Part shown: one piece after another, positions 19,718 through 28,305 of the stretch | Layout: every line of letters starts with the position of its first letter | Numbering within the stretch: the first letter of the stretch is position 1 | From: Nautiliaceae bacterium | GTDB taxonomy: Bacteria > Campylobacterota > Campylobacteria > Campylobacterales > Nautiliaceae | Length of the DNA: 64,000 nucleotides | Direction: 5' to 3' | Assembly: GCA_039831155.1 (NCBI GenBank) | Contig: JBDONT010000043.1 | Location: 96,001 to 160,000, forward strand | Program-made: the position numbers and the translations under genes | Notes under the pieces: generated by a model | What the model saw: the letters and a program-made list of their open reading frames with translations, nothing else | What the model was told of the DNA's origin: nothing | Database searches by the model: none

Positions 19718-20317
19718 TTATTTTTTTATTCTTTTTAGTTTTTCTATCCCTTTTAAGTCTTCTTCATTCCATTGATAGTAAGTCCCGAAAATTCTATCCC
19801 ATATGTCGGTTGTAATTCCGTGGTTTAGTTTCGGTTTTTTGTGATGAACGAAATGAAACTCTTGCATATATCTCCAGTAATTGCTGGCAAATTCGCGTCT
19901 ATGCATAATGTGATGCATTATTCCGTAGTTAAAATACCCTAAAGTCATTCCTCCTACTATTGCAAAAGCATCGCTGCTTGGCATAAAAAAGTGAAACAGC
20001 CATGCAAAAAATGAGGCTATTACGGCACTCATAAAAAACGGCATTGCATCGTAACTAAAAGGGTTTTGATGATGGTGAGCGTGACCTTCTATAAAAATTT
20101 TTAGCGGATGTTCTTCATGAAATAGCCAAGCGTGAACGGCATATTCTAAAAACGTAAAAAATATTACCCCTACAATAAATAAAGCAAAACTAGCCCAAAT
20201 GTCTTTTGAATAGTATAAACTTAAGCCTAAAAACACTACTGCAGTTAAAAAATCGGTAAATAAACTTAAATAGTAATTCCATTTTGAAGAAGTTATTTTT
20301 AAGATGATTTCTTTCAT
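19718..20317 (-). CDS. Fatty acid hydroxylase / sterol desaturase superfamily membrane di-iron protein
   Basis: His boxes HAWLFH, HAHHH, HHIMH, HFVHH; NHGITTDIWDRIFGT. Confidence 0.88.
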   Translation of the reverse strand: MKEIILKITSSKWNYYLSLFTDFLTAVVFLGLSLYYSKDIWASFALFIVGVIFFTFLEYAVHAWLFHEEHPLKIFIEGHAHHHQNPFSYDAMPFFMSAVIASFFAWLFHFFMPSSDAFAIVGGMTLGYFNYGIMHHIMHRREFASNYWRYMQEFHFVHHKKPKLNHGITTDIWDRIFGTYYQWNEEDLKGIEKLKRIKK

Positions 20318-20410
20318 TTCTCTCTCCTTAAGAAGGACTTATAGGTAGTTATAATTTGTAATTATACCAGAAATAATGTTTCTTTTGGTATAATTTAGTA
20401 AAAAAAAGGA

Positions 20411-21058
20411 TTGTTAATGTTTAAAAATAGAGAGGAGGCTGGGAAGTTCTTAGCTCAAAGATTAAAAAAACTTCAAGAAGAAAAAAAAATCATAGACCCG
20501 ATAGTTGTGGCTATTCCAAGAGGGGGAGTGGCAGTAGGTGCTGAAATTGCAAAAGAGTTAAATGCTCCTTTGGATTTACTTTTTGTAAAAAAAATACCGG
20601 CTCCTAATAACGAAGAACTTGCAATAGGGAGTATTAGCGAAAACGGATTGGTGTTTTTAAATCAAGCGTTAGTTAATACGTTAGGGGTGGAAGAAAATTA
20701 TTTACAAGAAAGAGGAGTTGAAAAAATTCAAGAAATGGCAAGACTTAGAGACAAATATAAGCACGAACCTGTTTTGCTTGAAGAGAAGGATGTGATTTTA
20801 GTCGATGACGGTATAGCAACTGGTGCTAGTATGTATCTTGCTGCTCAAAGTATCGTAAGAGACAGACCAAGAAGCGTAATAATCTCAGCTCCCGTTATGC
20901 CAAATGATGAAACTATTATAAACACTTTAAAAAGCGTATCTCATCATATGGAAATTTTAAAAACTGCTGATAATTTTATGAGTGTAAGTAAGTGGTATGA
21001 GGATTTTCATCAACTAAGTGATAAAGAAGTTAAGGATATTTTAAAAGAATTTCAGTAA
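20411..21058 (+). CDS. Phosphoribosyltransferase family protein (start could be the ATG at 20417)
   Basis: FKNREEAG, AIPRGGV, VILVDDGIATGAS PRPP loop. Confidence 0.88.
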   Translation: MLMFKNREEAGKFLAQRLKKLQEEKKIIDPIVVAIPRGGVAVGAEIAKELNAPLDLLFVKKIPAPNNEELAIGSISENGLVFLNQALVNTLGVEENYLQERGVEKIQEMARLRDKYKHEPVLLEEKDVILVDDGIATGASMYLAAQSIVRDRPRSVIISAPVMPNDETIINTLKSVSHHMEILKTADNFMSVSKWYEDFHQLSDKEVKDILKEFQ

Positions 21059-21062
21059 TTAA

Positions 21063-21149
21063 TGGTGCGACGGGAGGGACTCGAACCCTCACGGGCTAAT
21101 GCCCACAAGGCCCTCAACCTTGCGTGTCTACCAATTCCACCACCGTCGC
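21063..21149 (-). tRNA. tRNA-Leu(GAG)
   Basis: GCGACGG acceptor stem, anticodon arm CAAGG-TTGAGGG-CCTTG, long variable arm, GGTTCGAGTCC, encoded CCA. Confidence 0.97.
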
Positions 21150-21173
21150 TTGGATTGAAATTATATCAAAAAT

Positions 21174-21599
21174 TTAAGCAAAATAGAAGTTTTTTATTTT
21201 TATCTCTTTTTTTATTTTTTCAATTTCGGATTTTATTTTTTTGTTTACTATTTCAAGTAAAGAATCTAGATATTTTTTAAGTTTTTTAGCCGTACTTTCG
21301 TCTAGTTCGTAATTTTTTACTATTTTTTCTATTTTTTGCAGTTTTATTAAAAGTTTTCCTTTTGAATTTATTATATTTTCTATTTCGGTATTGGGGTTAA
21401 AGATAGAAAAGTTTTTTACGTTTTTAGTAAGAATAATTGTGTTTTCGGATTTTACTTCTATATTACAGCCGTCTAATTTTAATATGGTTTTTACTTTTTT
21501 GTTTATATAAGTGGTGTTTAAGTGTAAAGTTGTTTTTTGAGAAGGTTTTAAACTGTTACATTGATTTATAAGGAGTGTAATAAAAGAAGTTAAATCCAT
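21174..21599 (-). CDS. Hypothetical protein
   Basis: 141-aa AT-rich ORF between atpE and tRNA-Leu; weak RBS. Confidence 0.45.
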   Translation of the reverse strand: MDLTSFITLLINQCNSLKPSQKTTLHLNTTYINKKVKTILKLDGCNIEVKSENTIILTKNVKNFSIFNPNTEIENIINSKGKLLIKLQKIEKIVKNYELDESTAKKLKKYLDSLLEIVNKKIKSEIEKIKKEIKIKNFYFA

Positions 21600-21600
21600 A

Positions 21601-21623
21601 AGAAAATCCCAAAAGAAGGGATT
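21601..21623 (-). terminator. Probable intrinsic terminator of atpE
   Basis: AATCCC-7nt-GGGATT hairpin followed by TTCT, directly at the atpE stop. Confidence 0.5.
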
Positions 21624-21930
21624 ATGCTCCTAGGAATGGGTTAGCGTAAAGAGCGATAAGTGCAAGTACAAGTGCGTAAATAACTTGTGCTTCGATCATC
21701 GCTAATGCGATGAACATTGTACCCATAAGTTTACCACCCATACCAGGGTTTCTAGCTGTACCAGCGATTGTAGCCGCTGCAGTGTGTCCCATACCGATTG
21801 CACCACCAAGTGCTGCAAGACCAAGACCGATTACTGCTGCGATTACGCTGTAAGCTTTAATCATTGTTTCACCATCAGCTGCGAAAGCGAATGCTGCGAA
21901 AATTGCCATAAGTGCTACGATTTTTTTCAT
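21622..21930 (-). CDS. atpE: F0F1 ATP synthase subunit c with N-terminal extension
   Basis: GLAALGGAIGMG, ARNP loop, AMIEAQVIY with the catalytic Glu. Confidence 0.96.
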   Translation of the reverse strand: MKKIVALMAIFAAFAFAADGETMIKAYSVIAAVIGLGLAALGGAIGMGHTAAATIAGTARNPGMGGKLMGTMFIALAMIEAQVIYALVLALIALYANPFLGA

Positions 21931-22009
21931 AGTACATCCTTTTTGTGATATTTTATTACGTTACGCCCGTTCGGCTTGCGTGTCCCTACTTAACACGTAA
22001 CGCGTTGAA

Positions 22010-22038
22010 ATTATAATTAAAAAATTTTTTTTTTGCAA
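22010..22038 (-). promoter_or_regulatory. Sigma70 promoter of atpE
   Basis: TTGCAA-17nt-TATAAT on the minus strand. Confidence 0.65.
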
Positions 22039-22050
22039 GTTAAACTTAAA

Positions 22051-23106
22051 TTAATTTAAAAATTTCTTAATTCTTTTTACTGCAATTTCCAGCTCTTTTA
22101 TATCTTTTGTATAGGCTATTCTTATAAAGTTTTTAAAATCTCCAAAATCAATGCCAGGTGTTACTGCCACTTTGGCTTTGGTTAAAAGTTCATTACAAAA
22201 TTTTAAAGCATCATTGCTATATTCGCTTATATCACACCAAAGATAAAAAGCTCCCTTAGGTTTTGTTATGGGGAAGAGTTCTTTTAATTCTCCGTATAAA
22301 AAGTCTCTTCTTTTTTTAAACTCTTTTTTAATTGACTCTAAATAGTTGTAATCAAACGCGTCAAGGGCTGCATATTGGGAGAGAGTAGGGGCTGAAATTA
22401 AGATGTTTTGGGCTATTATTTCGGCTTCTCTTAAAAGCTTATCCGGCACTATCATCCATCCTATTCTAAGCCCGGGCATACAAAAAAACTTACTAAAGCC
22501 GTTTATTACTATTGCGTTTTTATTGTATTTAACGGCACTCGTATAATCTTCTTCGTAAATTAATCCGTGGTAAAGTTCGTCGCTTATTAAGGTAATGTTG
22601 TTGTTTTGGCAATATTCGCATATCTCTTTTAATTCGTTTTTATTGTAAACGCTACCTGTAGGGTTATTTGGGAATGAAATTAACAGAGTATCGATATTTT
22701 GTGGTATGTCTTTAGGGGTTAATTTATAAGTTTTGGTTTTTATAAACTCTTTGTTTTCAAGTTTTGCGAAATTTTCATAGCAAGGATAACCGGGAGTCTG
22801 GGTTGCTATTTTGTTTGAAAAATATAGAGCGATTAAAAAGGCTGTAGAGGTTCCGGTTGTTATTAAAATATTGTTTGGGTTTATGTCTATATTGTAAAAA
22901 ACTTTATAATGAGCGGCTATTTTTTCTCTTAATTCCGGTAAACCTTTGGACTGGGTATAAAAAAATTTGTTTTTATCTATGGCTTTTTGAAGTGCTTTTT
23001 TTACACTGGGAGGTGGCAGTAGGTCCGGTTCTCCTATTTCAAGATGAATTACATCTTCAATTTCTTTAGCTTTTTTTACGATATCCATTACGATGAAAGG
23101 TTTCAT
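22051..23106 (-). CDS. PLP-dependent aminotransferase class I/II
   Basis: HLEIGEPD, PNNPTG, SDELY, GFSKFFCMPGLRIGW. Confidence 0.92.
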   Translation of the reverse strand: MKPFIVMDIVKKAKEIEDVIHLEIGEPDLLPPPSVKKALQKAIDKNKFFYTQSKGLPELREKIAAHYKVFYNIDINPNNILITTGTSTAFLIALYFSNKIATQTPGYPCYENFAKLENKEFIKTKTYKLTPKDIPQNIDTLLISFPNNPTGSVYNKNELKEICEYCQNNNITLISDELYHGLIYEEDYTSAVKYNKNAIVINGFSKFFCMPGLRIGWMIVPDKLLREAEIIAQNILISAPTLSQYAALDAFDYNYLESIKKEFKKRRDFLYGELKELFPITKPKGAFYLWCDISEYSNDALKFCNELLTKAKVAVTPGIDFGDFKNFIRIAYTKDIKELEIAVKRIKKFLN

Positions 23107-23115
23107 TGTTTTCCT

Positions 23116-23802
23116 TTAAAGAAGAGGTTTATAGGGAGTTGCGTAAGCTTTTTTCGCTTTTACTTCTACTATTTCGTATTCGTATGGTTTTAGGGTGTTT
23201 GGGATAATTACGGCTGATAATTTGTTTCCGTATACGCACCCCGTATCAATTCCTAAGGAATTTTTCTTTTTGTAAGGATTTTTAAAAGGGGTGTGACCGT
23301 ATACTATAAAGCTTTCGTGCCCTTTGTATACATCCGCCCAAAAGTATCCTTTTTTATTGTGATTCAGAGGTAAAAAATTATCGTTTTTATCCACTTCTCT
23401 GGTAAAAAGCAGCAAATTTAATTGATGAAAAGAAGGGTTGTTTAAATGGATTTTATTTGTTATACCGGCGTGTATTACGGTTAGACGGTTGGTTTTAAAA
23501 AAATATGGCATAGAAGAGATAAACTCAAAATCCTCTTTTTTTAATTTAGGATAAATTTTTTGTTGGTCTTCATCAAGAATGACTTTTCTTCCCCACCATT
23601 TTCTAAGGTGTTTGTATTCGTGGTTTCCTAGAAGGGAGAAAATTTTGTTTTTTTTTACGTATCTTAAAGTTTCAACGCAAAAAGGGCCTTTATCTAAAAT
23701 ATCTCCTACGCATATTTCAAAAGAGTTTTTGGGAATTAATTTTCTTAATTCCTCAAACTCTTCCAAACATCCGTGAATATCACCGTATATTACATATTTC
23801 AT
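23116..23802 (-). CDS. Metallophosphoesterase (PrpE/ApaH-like)
   Basis: GDIHG, GDILDKG, GNHE, HAG, GHTP, IDTGCVYG. Confidence 0.9.
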   Translation of the reverse strand: MKYVIYGDIHGCLEEFEELRKLIPKNSFEICVGDILDKGPFCVETLRYVKKNKIFSLLGNHEYKHLRKWWGRKVILDEDQQKIYPKLKKEDFEFISSMPYFFKTNRLTVIHAGITNKIHLNNPSFHQLNLLLFTREVDKNDNFLPLNHNKKGYFWADVYKGHESFIVYGHTPFKNPYKKKNSLGIDTGCVYGNKLSAVIIPNTLKPYEYEIVEVKAKKAYATPYKPLL

Positions 23803-24197
23803 TTGAACTGTTTTAGATAATTACACGCAGATTTATTGCCTAATTTACAAGCTTTTTTTAGTAAAAGTACGGCTTTATTTGTATCTTGTTTTACGATGTT
23901 TCCTTTATAGTAATAATAAGCCAAAAGAGTGCAGCTGTCCGCATCATTTAGTTTGCAACCTTTTTTATAGAATGAAACCGCTTTATTTAAATCTTTTTTA
24001 GTACCGATTCCTTTGTTGTACATATATCCTACCATTCCACACGCATAAGCGTCGTTTTTTTTACATCTTTTTTCAAAACCTTCAAAAGATTTTTTATATT
24101 CACCTTTTAAATAAAGTTTTAAATCCGGGTCGTTTGTAGTTCCGTGTTGAGCAAATAAGAAAACTGCACTTAAAAGTGTTAAGATAAATTTTTTCAT
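23799..24197 (-). CDS. Secreted Sel1-repeat protein
   Basis: Signal peptide and Cys-containing SLR repeats (KKGCKLNDADSC, KKACKLGNKSAC). Confidence 0.88.
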   Translation of the reverse strand: MKKFILTLLSAVFLFAQHGTTNDPDLKLYLKGEYKKSFEGFEKRCKKNDAYACGMVGYMYNKGIGTKKDLNKAVSFYKKGCKLNDADSCTLLAYYYYKGNIVKQDTNKAVLLLKKACKLGNKSACNYLKQFK

Positions 24198-24232
24198 TTT
24201 TAGTCCTTTTTTTCAAATTATATCAAAAGTAT

Positions 24233-24247
24233 CTCCGAACCTCGGAG
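24233..24247 (-). promoter_or_regulatory. Putative bacterial SECIS hairpin
   Basis: CTCCGA-GGT-TCGGAG; the stem starts 13 nt and the loop 19 nt after the TGA of the OsmC gene. Confidence 0.55.
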
Positions 24248-24254
24248 CTTTGTT

Positions 24255-24734
24255 TTAGCTTCAAGCTACGCAACCAAAGCCGTCGTCATCTTCTTCGAAA
24301 TCGTGTGAGTGGTTGTCGTTTCCTGATATAATGCTTTCTTTAAAGGCGATAGCTTCGCCGTTATTGTAAATTGAATAGTAAATTTTACTTGTGTTTCTTA
24401 CGGTGTTTATAGTGCTGCAATACGTTTCAAGAGAACTTAATACCCATCTCCTTGCAGTCATAGCGTCTGCGTTTGATTCGAATTTATAAATAAAATGAAA
24501 CTCCGTAAAAATTCTAGGGTATGTCTCTTTTCTTTTATATTCGATTTCTAAAGTAAAGTTTTTTAGTTCGTACCCTTTGTTTTTTGCCATTTCCACAACG
24601 TCATAAGCCGAGCAGTTTCCAAGCCCGGTTATGAAATAGTCTATAGGGGTGTATTTTTTAGGGTCTATTATAATTACGTCTTTTCCGTTTGTAGCTTCGT
24701 ATAAGTGGTTGTTAAGGTGTCTTATTTTAATCAT
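24255..24734 (-). CDS. OsmC-family protein, probably a selenoprotein ending ...GCVA-U-S (TGA at 24261-24263 recoded)
   Basis: OsmC Cys pair ([14 protein letters not shown]) and YPRIFT. Tail TGC GTA GCT TGA AGC TAA plus the downstream hairpin. The family call is firm; the Sec extension is inferred. Confidence 0.8.
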
Positions 24735-26103
24735 TATTCTCCTTTAAAAACTTTTCGAAATATTTTATTTGTTCTTCAACCCTGCTAGGAGATGTGGCAC
24801 CGTAACTTTTTCTGCTTTTCATTGAGTTTTCAAGACTTAAATCCACATCATTTCCTATTCTTTCATCTATGCTTTTTAACTCTTCAAGGCTTAAATCGCT
24901 TAAATCAACTCCCTTTTCTTCTGCTAACGCAACTGCACGTCCTGTTATATGGTGGGCTTCTCTAAAAGGTATTCCTTTATTTACCAGATAATCGGCTAAA
25001 TCGGTAGCCGTTAAGTGACCTTTTTTACAAGCTTGTAGCATTTTGTCTTTGTTGATAGTCATAGTTTTTAAAGTTTCATTTAAAATAGTTATTGAAATAA
25101 GAGCTGTTTTTACGCTGTCAAATACTCCTTCTTTATCTTCTTGAGTGTCTTTGTTATAGGCTAGAGGAAGTCCTTTCATTACGGTCAGTAAAGCCATTAA
25201 ATTCCCGTAAGCTCTTCCCGTTTTTCCTCTTATAAGTTCCGGTACGTCCGGATTTTTCTTTTGAGGCATAATAGAACTTCCGGTTGAATATTCGTCACTT
25301 AATGTAATAAAGCCAAATTCACTTGTCGACCAGATAATAAGCTCTTCACTGATTCTGCTTGCGTGCATCATAAGCATTGAGATGTTAAATAACAGTTCAA
25401 GTGCAAAATCTCTGTCACTTACCGTATCAAGACAGTTTATTGTAGGTTCGTCAAATCCTAGGGCTTTTGTGGTTTCGAATCTGTCTATGTTATGAGGAGT
25501 ACCGGCAAGTGCCGCACATCCTAAAGGGTTTTTGTTGTTTCTTTTATAGCTTTCGATAAATCTTTCGTAATCTCTTTTAAACATACTGGCGTACGCTAAC
25601 ATATGATACGCAAAACTGATAGGCTGGGCGTGCTGAAGATGAGTCATTCCCGGAAGTAGGGTGTGTTTGTGTTCTTTTGCTATATTTACGAAAGTTTTTA
25701 TTAATTCTTTGATTTTATCTGCAATTTCTAAGTTTCTTTTCAAACTCCATCTTCTGAAATCCACTGCCACCTGGTCGTTTCTGCTTCTTGCGGTATGGAG
25801 CTTTTTACCGGTATCTCCAATTAATTCGATAAGCCTTTTTTCTATAGCCATATGCAAGTCTTCATCGCTTATATCCCACTTAAATTCGCCTTTTTCTATC
25901 TCTTCTTTTATTTTTAAAAGACCTTCTTTTATTTTTTCAGCTTCTTCTTTAGTTATGATTCCTTGATTGGCTAGCATTTGAGAGTGGGCTATACTGCCTT
26001 CTATGTCTTCTATGTAAAGTTCTTTATCAAACATTATAGATGCATTAAATTCGTCTAAGAGTTTAGCGGCACTTTTAGAGAATCTTCCTCCCCATAACTT
26101 CAT
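24727..26103 (-). CDS. argH: Argininosuccinate lyase
   Basis: MKLWGGRF start at 26103, [21 protein letters not shown]. Confidence 0.97.
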   Translation of the reverse strand: MKLWGGRFSKSAAKLLDEFNASIMFDKELYIEDIEGSIAHSQMLANQGIITKEEAEKIKEGLLKIKEEIEKGEFKWDISDEDLHMAIEKRLIELIGDTGKKLHTARSRNDQVAVDFRRWSLKRNLEIADKIKELIKTFVNIAKEHKHTLLPGMTHLQHAQPISFAYHMLAYASMFKRDYERFIESYKRNNKNPLGCAALAGTPHNIDRFETTKALGFDEPTINCLDTVSDRDFALELLFNISMLMMHASRISEELIIWSTSEFGFITLSDEYSTGSSIMPQKKNPDVPELIRGKTGRAYGNLMALLTVMKGLPLAYNKDTQEDKEGVFDSVKTALISITILNETLKTMTINKDKMLQACKKGHLTATDLADYLVNKGIPFREAHHITGRAVALAEEKGVDLSDLSLEELKSIDERIGNDVDLSLENSMKSRKSYGATSPSRVEEQIKYFEKFLKENND

Positions 26104-26168
26104 AAGCGTTCCTTTTTTGGTAGAATTATACAATAATGAAACTTTAAGGCAAAACAAAGGAGTCCGGG

Positions 26169-26441
26169 ATGATGATAAACAATATAAATTCTCTTCAAGC
26201 ATATCAGACTTTAATTGATGTAAACGCAAACAATATAGCTAACGTAAATACCGAAGATTTTAACTCCACCGATGCCAGAATAGTTGATAAACTTGATATT
26301 TCTTCCTATCAAGAAGAGGGAGTAAACATCACAAAAGAACTTACGAACCAAATAGTAATTGAAGACGGATTTAAAGCTCAACTTCCAGCTATAAAAACTC
26401 AAGAAGAGATGGATAAAACCATTTTAGATATTAAGGCTTAA
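26169..26441 (+). CDS. Small flagellar basal-body-rod motif protein
   Basis: ANNIANVNT motif and C-terminal VNITKEL...KTQEEM..TILDIKA typical of rod/hook D0 helices. Confidence 0.75.
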   Translation: MMINNINSLQAYQTLIDVNANNIANVNTEDFNSTDARIVDKLDISSYQEEGVNITKELTNQIVIEDGFKAQLPAIKTQEEMDKTILDIKA

Positions 26442-26443
26442 AA

Positions 26444-27583
26444 ATGACAAAAAAAATGATAAATCTTCTCTTTGCCACTGCTTCTATTGAAAGATGGAAT
26501 GATTTACCAAGGCCCGTTAAGTTTATAGAACTTGACAAACAGGCTCATAAAATGATAATCGCTTATTTTTTGGCTCATTTTGAAAAGGACGTGGATTTTT
26601 ACAAACTTATTAATTTGGGTATAGCGGAGGTTTTATACAGAGCTATTTTAACGGATTTAAAATCTCCGGTTTATCACTATTTAAGAGAAAAAAACGGTGA
26701 AGCTTTAGATAGATTTGTTTTGGAGAATTTGGATGATGCAATTGATGACGAGTTAAAATATTATGTTAATGTATTAAATACCGATTCTTCAAAAGAGAAA
26801 CATATTTTATCCGCTGCCGGTTATTTAGCTAGTAAATGGGAGTTTGATATTATTTATAATTTTGCACCTAATATTTATGGTATAGAAGAAACTAAAAGAA
26901 ATTTGGAAAATTCTCTTGAGGATTTTTATGATTTGGAAGGAATGAAAGTACTTTCTTTAAAAAAGAAGAGTTATGATTTTATTTCTTTATGCGGTAATTT
27001 AAGATTTCAAAAGAGATGGGCTTATGTACCTAGAATTCCGGAAACTTCAGTGCTTGGACATATGCTTTTTGTTGCGATTGTCTCTTTTTTATTTACTAAA
27101 GAATACGGAGGTAATAAGCAAAAAGCATGTTATAACTTTTTTACGGGGCTTTTTCACGATTTACCGGAAGCCTTAACAAGAGATATAGTGGCACCCGTTA
27201 AGCATAACGTAAAAGGTTTGGATAAGATTTTAAAAGAGTATGAAAAGATGCTAATAGAAGAGAAAATTTTACCTTTGCTTCCTAAACATATACAAAAAGA
27301 ACTTAGGATTTTAATAACCGATGAATTTGCGAATAAAATTATTACCGAAGACGGATATGAGATAGTTGATTTTGTAAATAAAGATGTAGTGGGAATTGAC
27401 GGAAGTTTGATAAAAGTAGCGGATAATTTTGCCGCTTTTGTAGAAGCTTTAAAAAGTATTAAATACGGTATTAAGGCACCGGAACTTAAGAGAGCGGTTG
27501 AGTCTTGGCAAGAAAAATATAAAAATTTAAAATTATACGGAATCGATTTTTCAAAATATTTTAACGAAAAGTTTATAGAATGA
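26444..27583 (+). CDS. HD-domain phosphohydrolase (tandem YfbR-like domains)
   Basis: RW..PETSVLGH, LFHDLPEALTRDI, KVAD; degenerate N-terminal repeat RWND...KQAH. Confidence 0.85.
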   Translation: MTKKMINLLFATASIERWNDLPRPVKFIELDKQAHKMIIAYFLAHFEKDVDFYKLINLGIAEVLYRAILTDLKSPVYHYLREKNGEALDRFVLENLDDAIDDELKYYVNVLNTDSSKEKHILSAAGYLASKWEFDIIYNFAPNIYGIEETKRNLENSLEDFYDLEGMKVLSLKKKSYDFISLCGNLRFQKRWAYVPRIPETSVLGHMLFVAIVSFLFTKEYGGNKQKACYNFFTGLFHDLPEALTRDIVAPVKHNVKGLDKILKEYEKMLIEEKILPLLPKHIQKELRILITDEFANKIITEDGYEIVDFVNKDVVGIDGSLIKVADNFAAFVEALKSIKYGIKAPELKRAVESWQEKYKNLKLYGIDFSKYFNEKFIE

Positions 27584-28287
27584 AATGGGTAATTTTTTTA
27601 ACGCTTTTTTTATATGCCGATGTAAAAATTTATGTTTATACTATAAAAATGAATTATGAAGAATTTACAAATTCTTCTTTGCTGGATAAAGATTCGACAT
27701 ATTTATTCGATTTAAACGGTATAAGAGTAAAGTATTATAATGTTCGATATTTTTTAAATATGGAGTTTGCTTACGGAAGGAGTGTTTATCAAGGAAAGAC
27801 GTGGAGTAATAAAGATTTAAGATTAGTTCAAAAAGATGTTAATATTTTTAATATTAAAGGAGCTTATTTCTTAAATAAAAAGTTTTATTTATTGGGAGGG
27901 TATAGAAGGTGGAATAGAGGAAAAAGCGATTATGAAGGAGATTATAATGAAATTTATTATTGGAGTTATATAGGCATAGGAAAGTTTTTTCGTATAAAAA
28001 ATTTAACGGCATCGATAGAGTATCAATATGCTATCAACCCTAAGTTAAGAGTTTTGTTAGGTAACGGAGCTCTTTTGAAATTAGGAGAAACGAATGGATT
28101 ATCGGGAGAGGTTAGATATTCTTTTTTAATTAATGATATTGTTTGGGAAATTTTTTACAGATGCTGGATGTGGTTTGTTGATAAAAGCAATACTTCAGAA
28201 ATTACTCTTAAAAATTCATTATATAATATTTATGAACCTGCAAGTCTTACCATTAATCAATATTTCGGAATAGGAATAAGGTATTAA
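27580..28287 (+). CDS. Putative outer-membrane beta-barrel protein
   Basis: Short signal peptide, aromatic-rich alternating strands, C-terminal YFGIGIRY. Confidence 0.6.
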   Translation: MKWVIFLTLFLYADVKIYVYTIKMNYEEFTNSSLLDKDSTYLFDLNGIRVKYYNVRYFLNMEFAYGRSVYQGKTWSNKDLRLVQKDVNIFNIKGAYFLNKKFYLLGGYRRWNRGKSDYEGDYNEIYYWSYIGIGKFFRIKNLTASIEYQYAINPKLRVLLGNGALLKLGETNGLSGEVRYSFLINDIVWEIFYRCWMWFVDKSNTSEITLKNSLYNIYEPASLTINQYFGIGIRY

Positions 28288-28302
28288 GGGAAAGTCCCTT
28301 AA
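28284..28302. terminator. Hairpin between convergent genes, probable bidirectional terminator
   Basis: TTAAGGGA-AAG-TCCCTTAA inverted repeat. Confidence 0.5.
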
Positions 28303-28305
28303 GGG

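Noticed and set aside
20360-20395. Inverted repeat AATTATACCA...TGGTATAATT
   Set aside because: Explained by two back-to-back extended -10 promoters (TGGTATAAT) for divergent genes, although an operator cannot be excluded.
21062-21280. 72-aa + strand ORF MVRREGLEPSR...
   Set aside because: It is the antisense reading of tRNA-Leu.
26104-26229. N-terminal extension of argH in the ORF track
   Set aside because: The conserved start MKLWGGRF with an AAGGA RBS is at 26103, and the extension would overlap the divergent gene.
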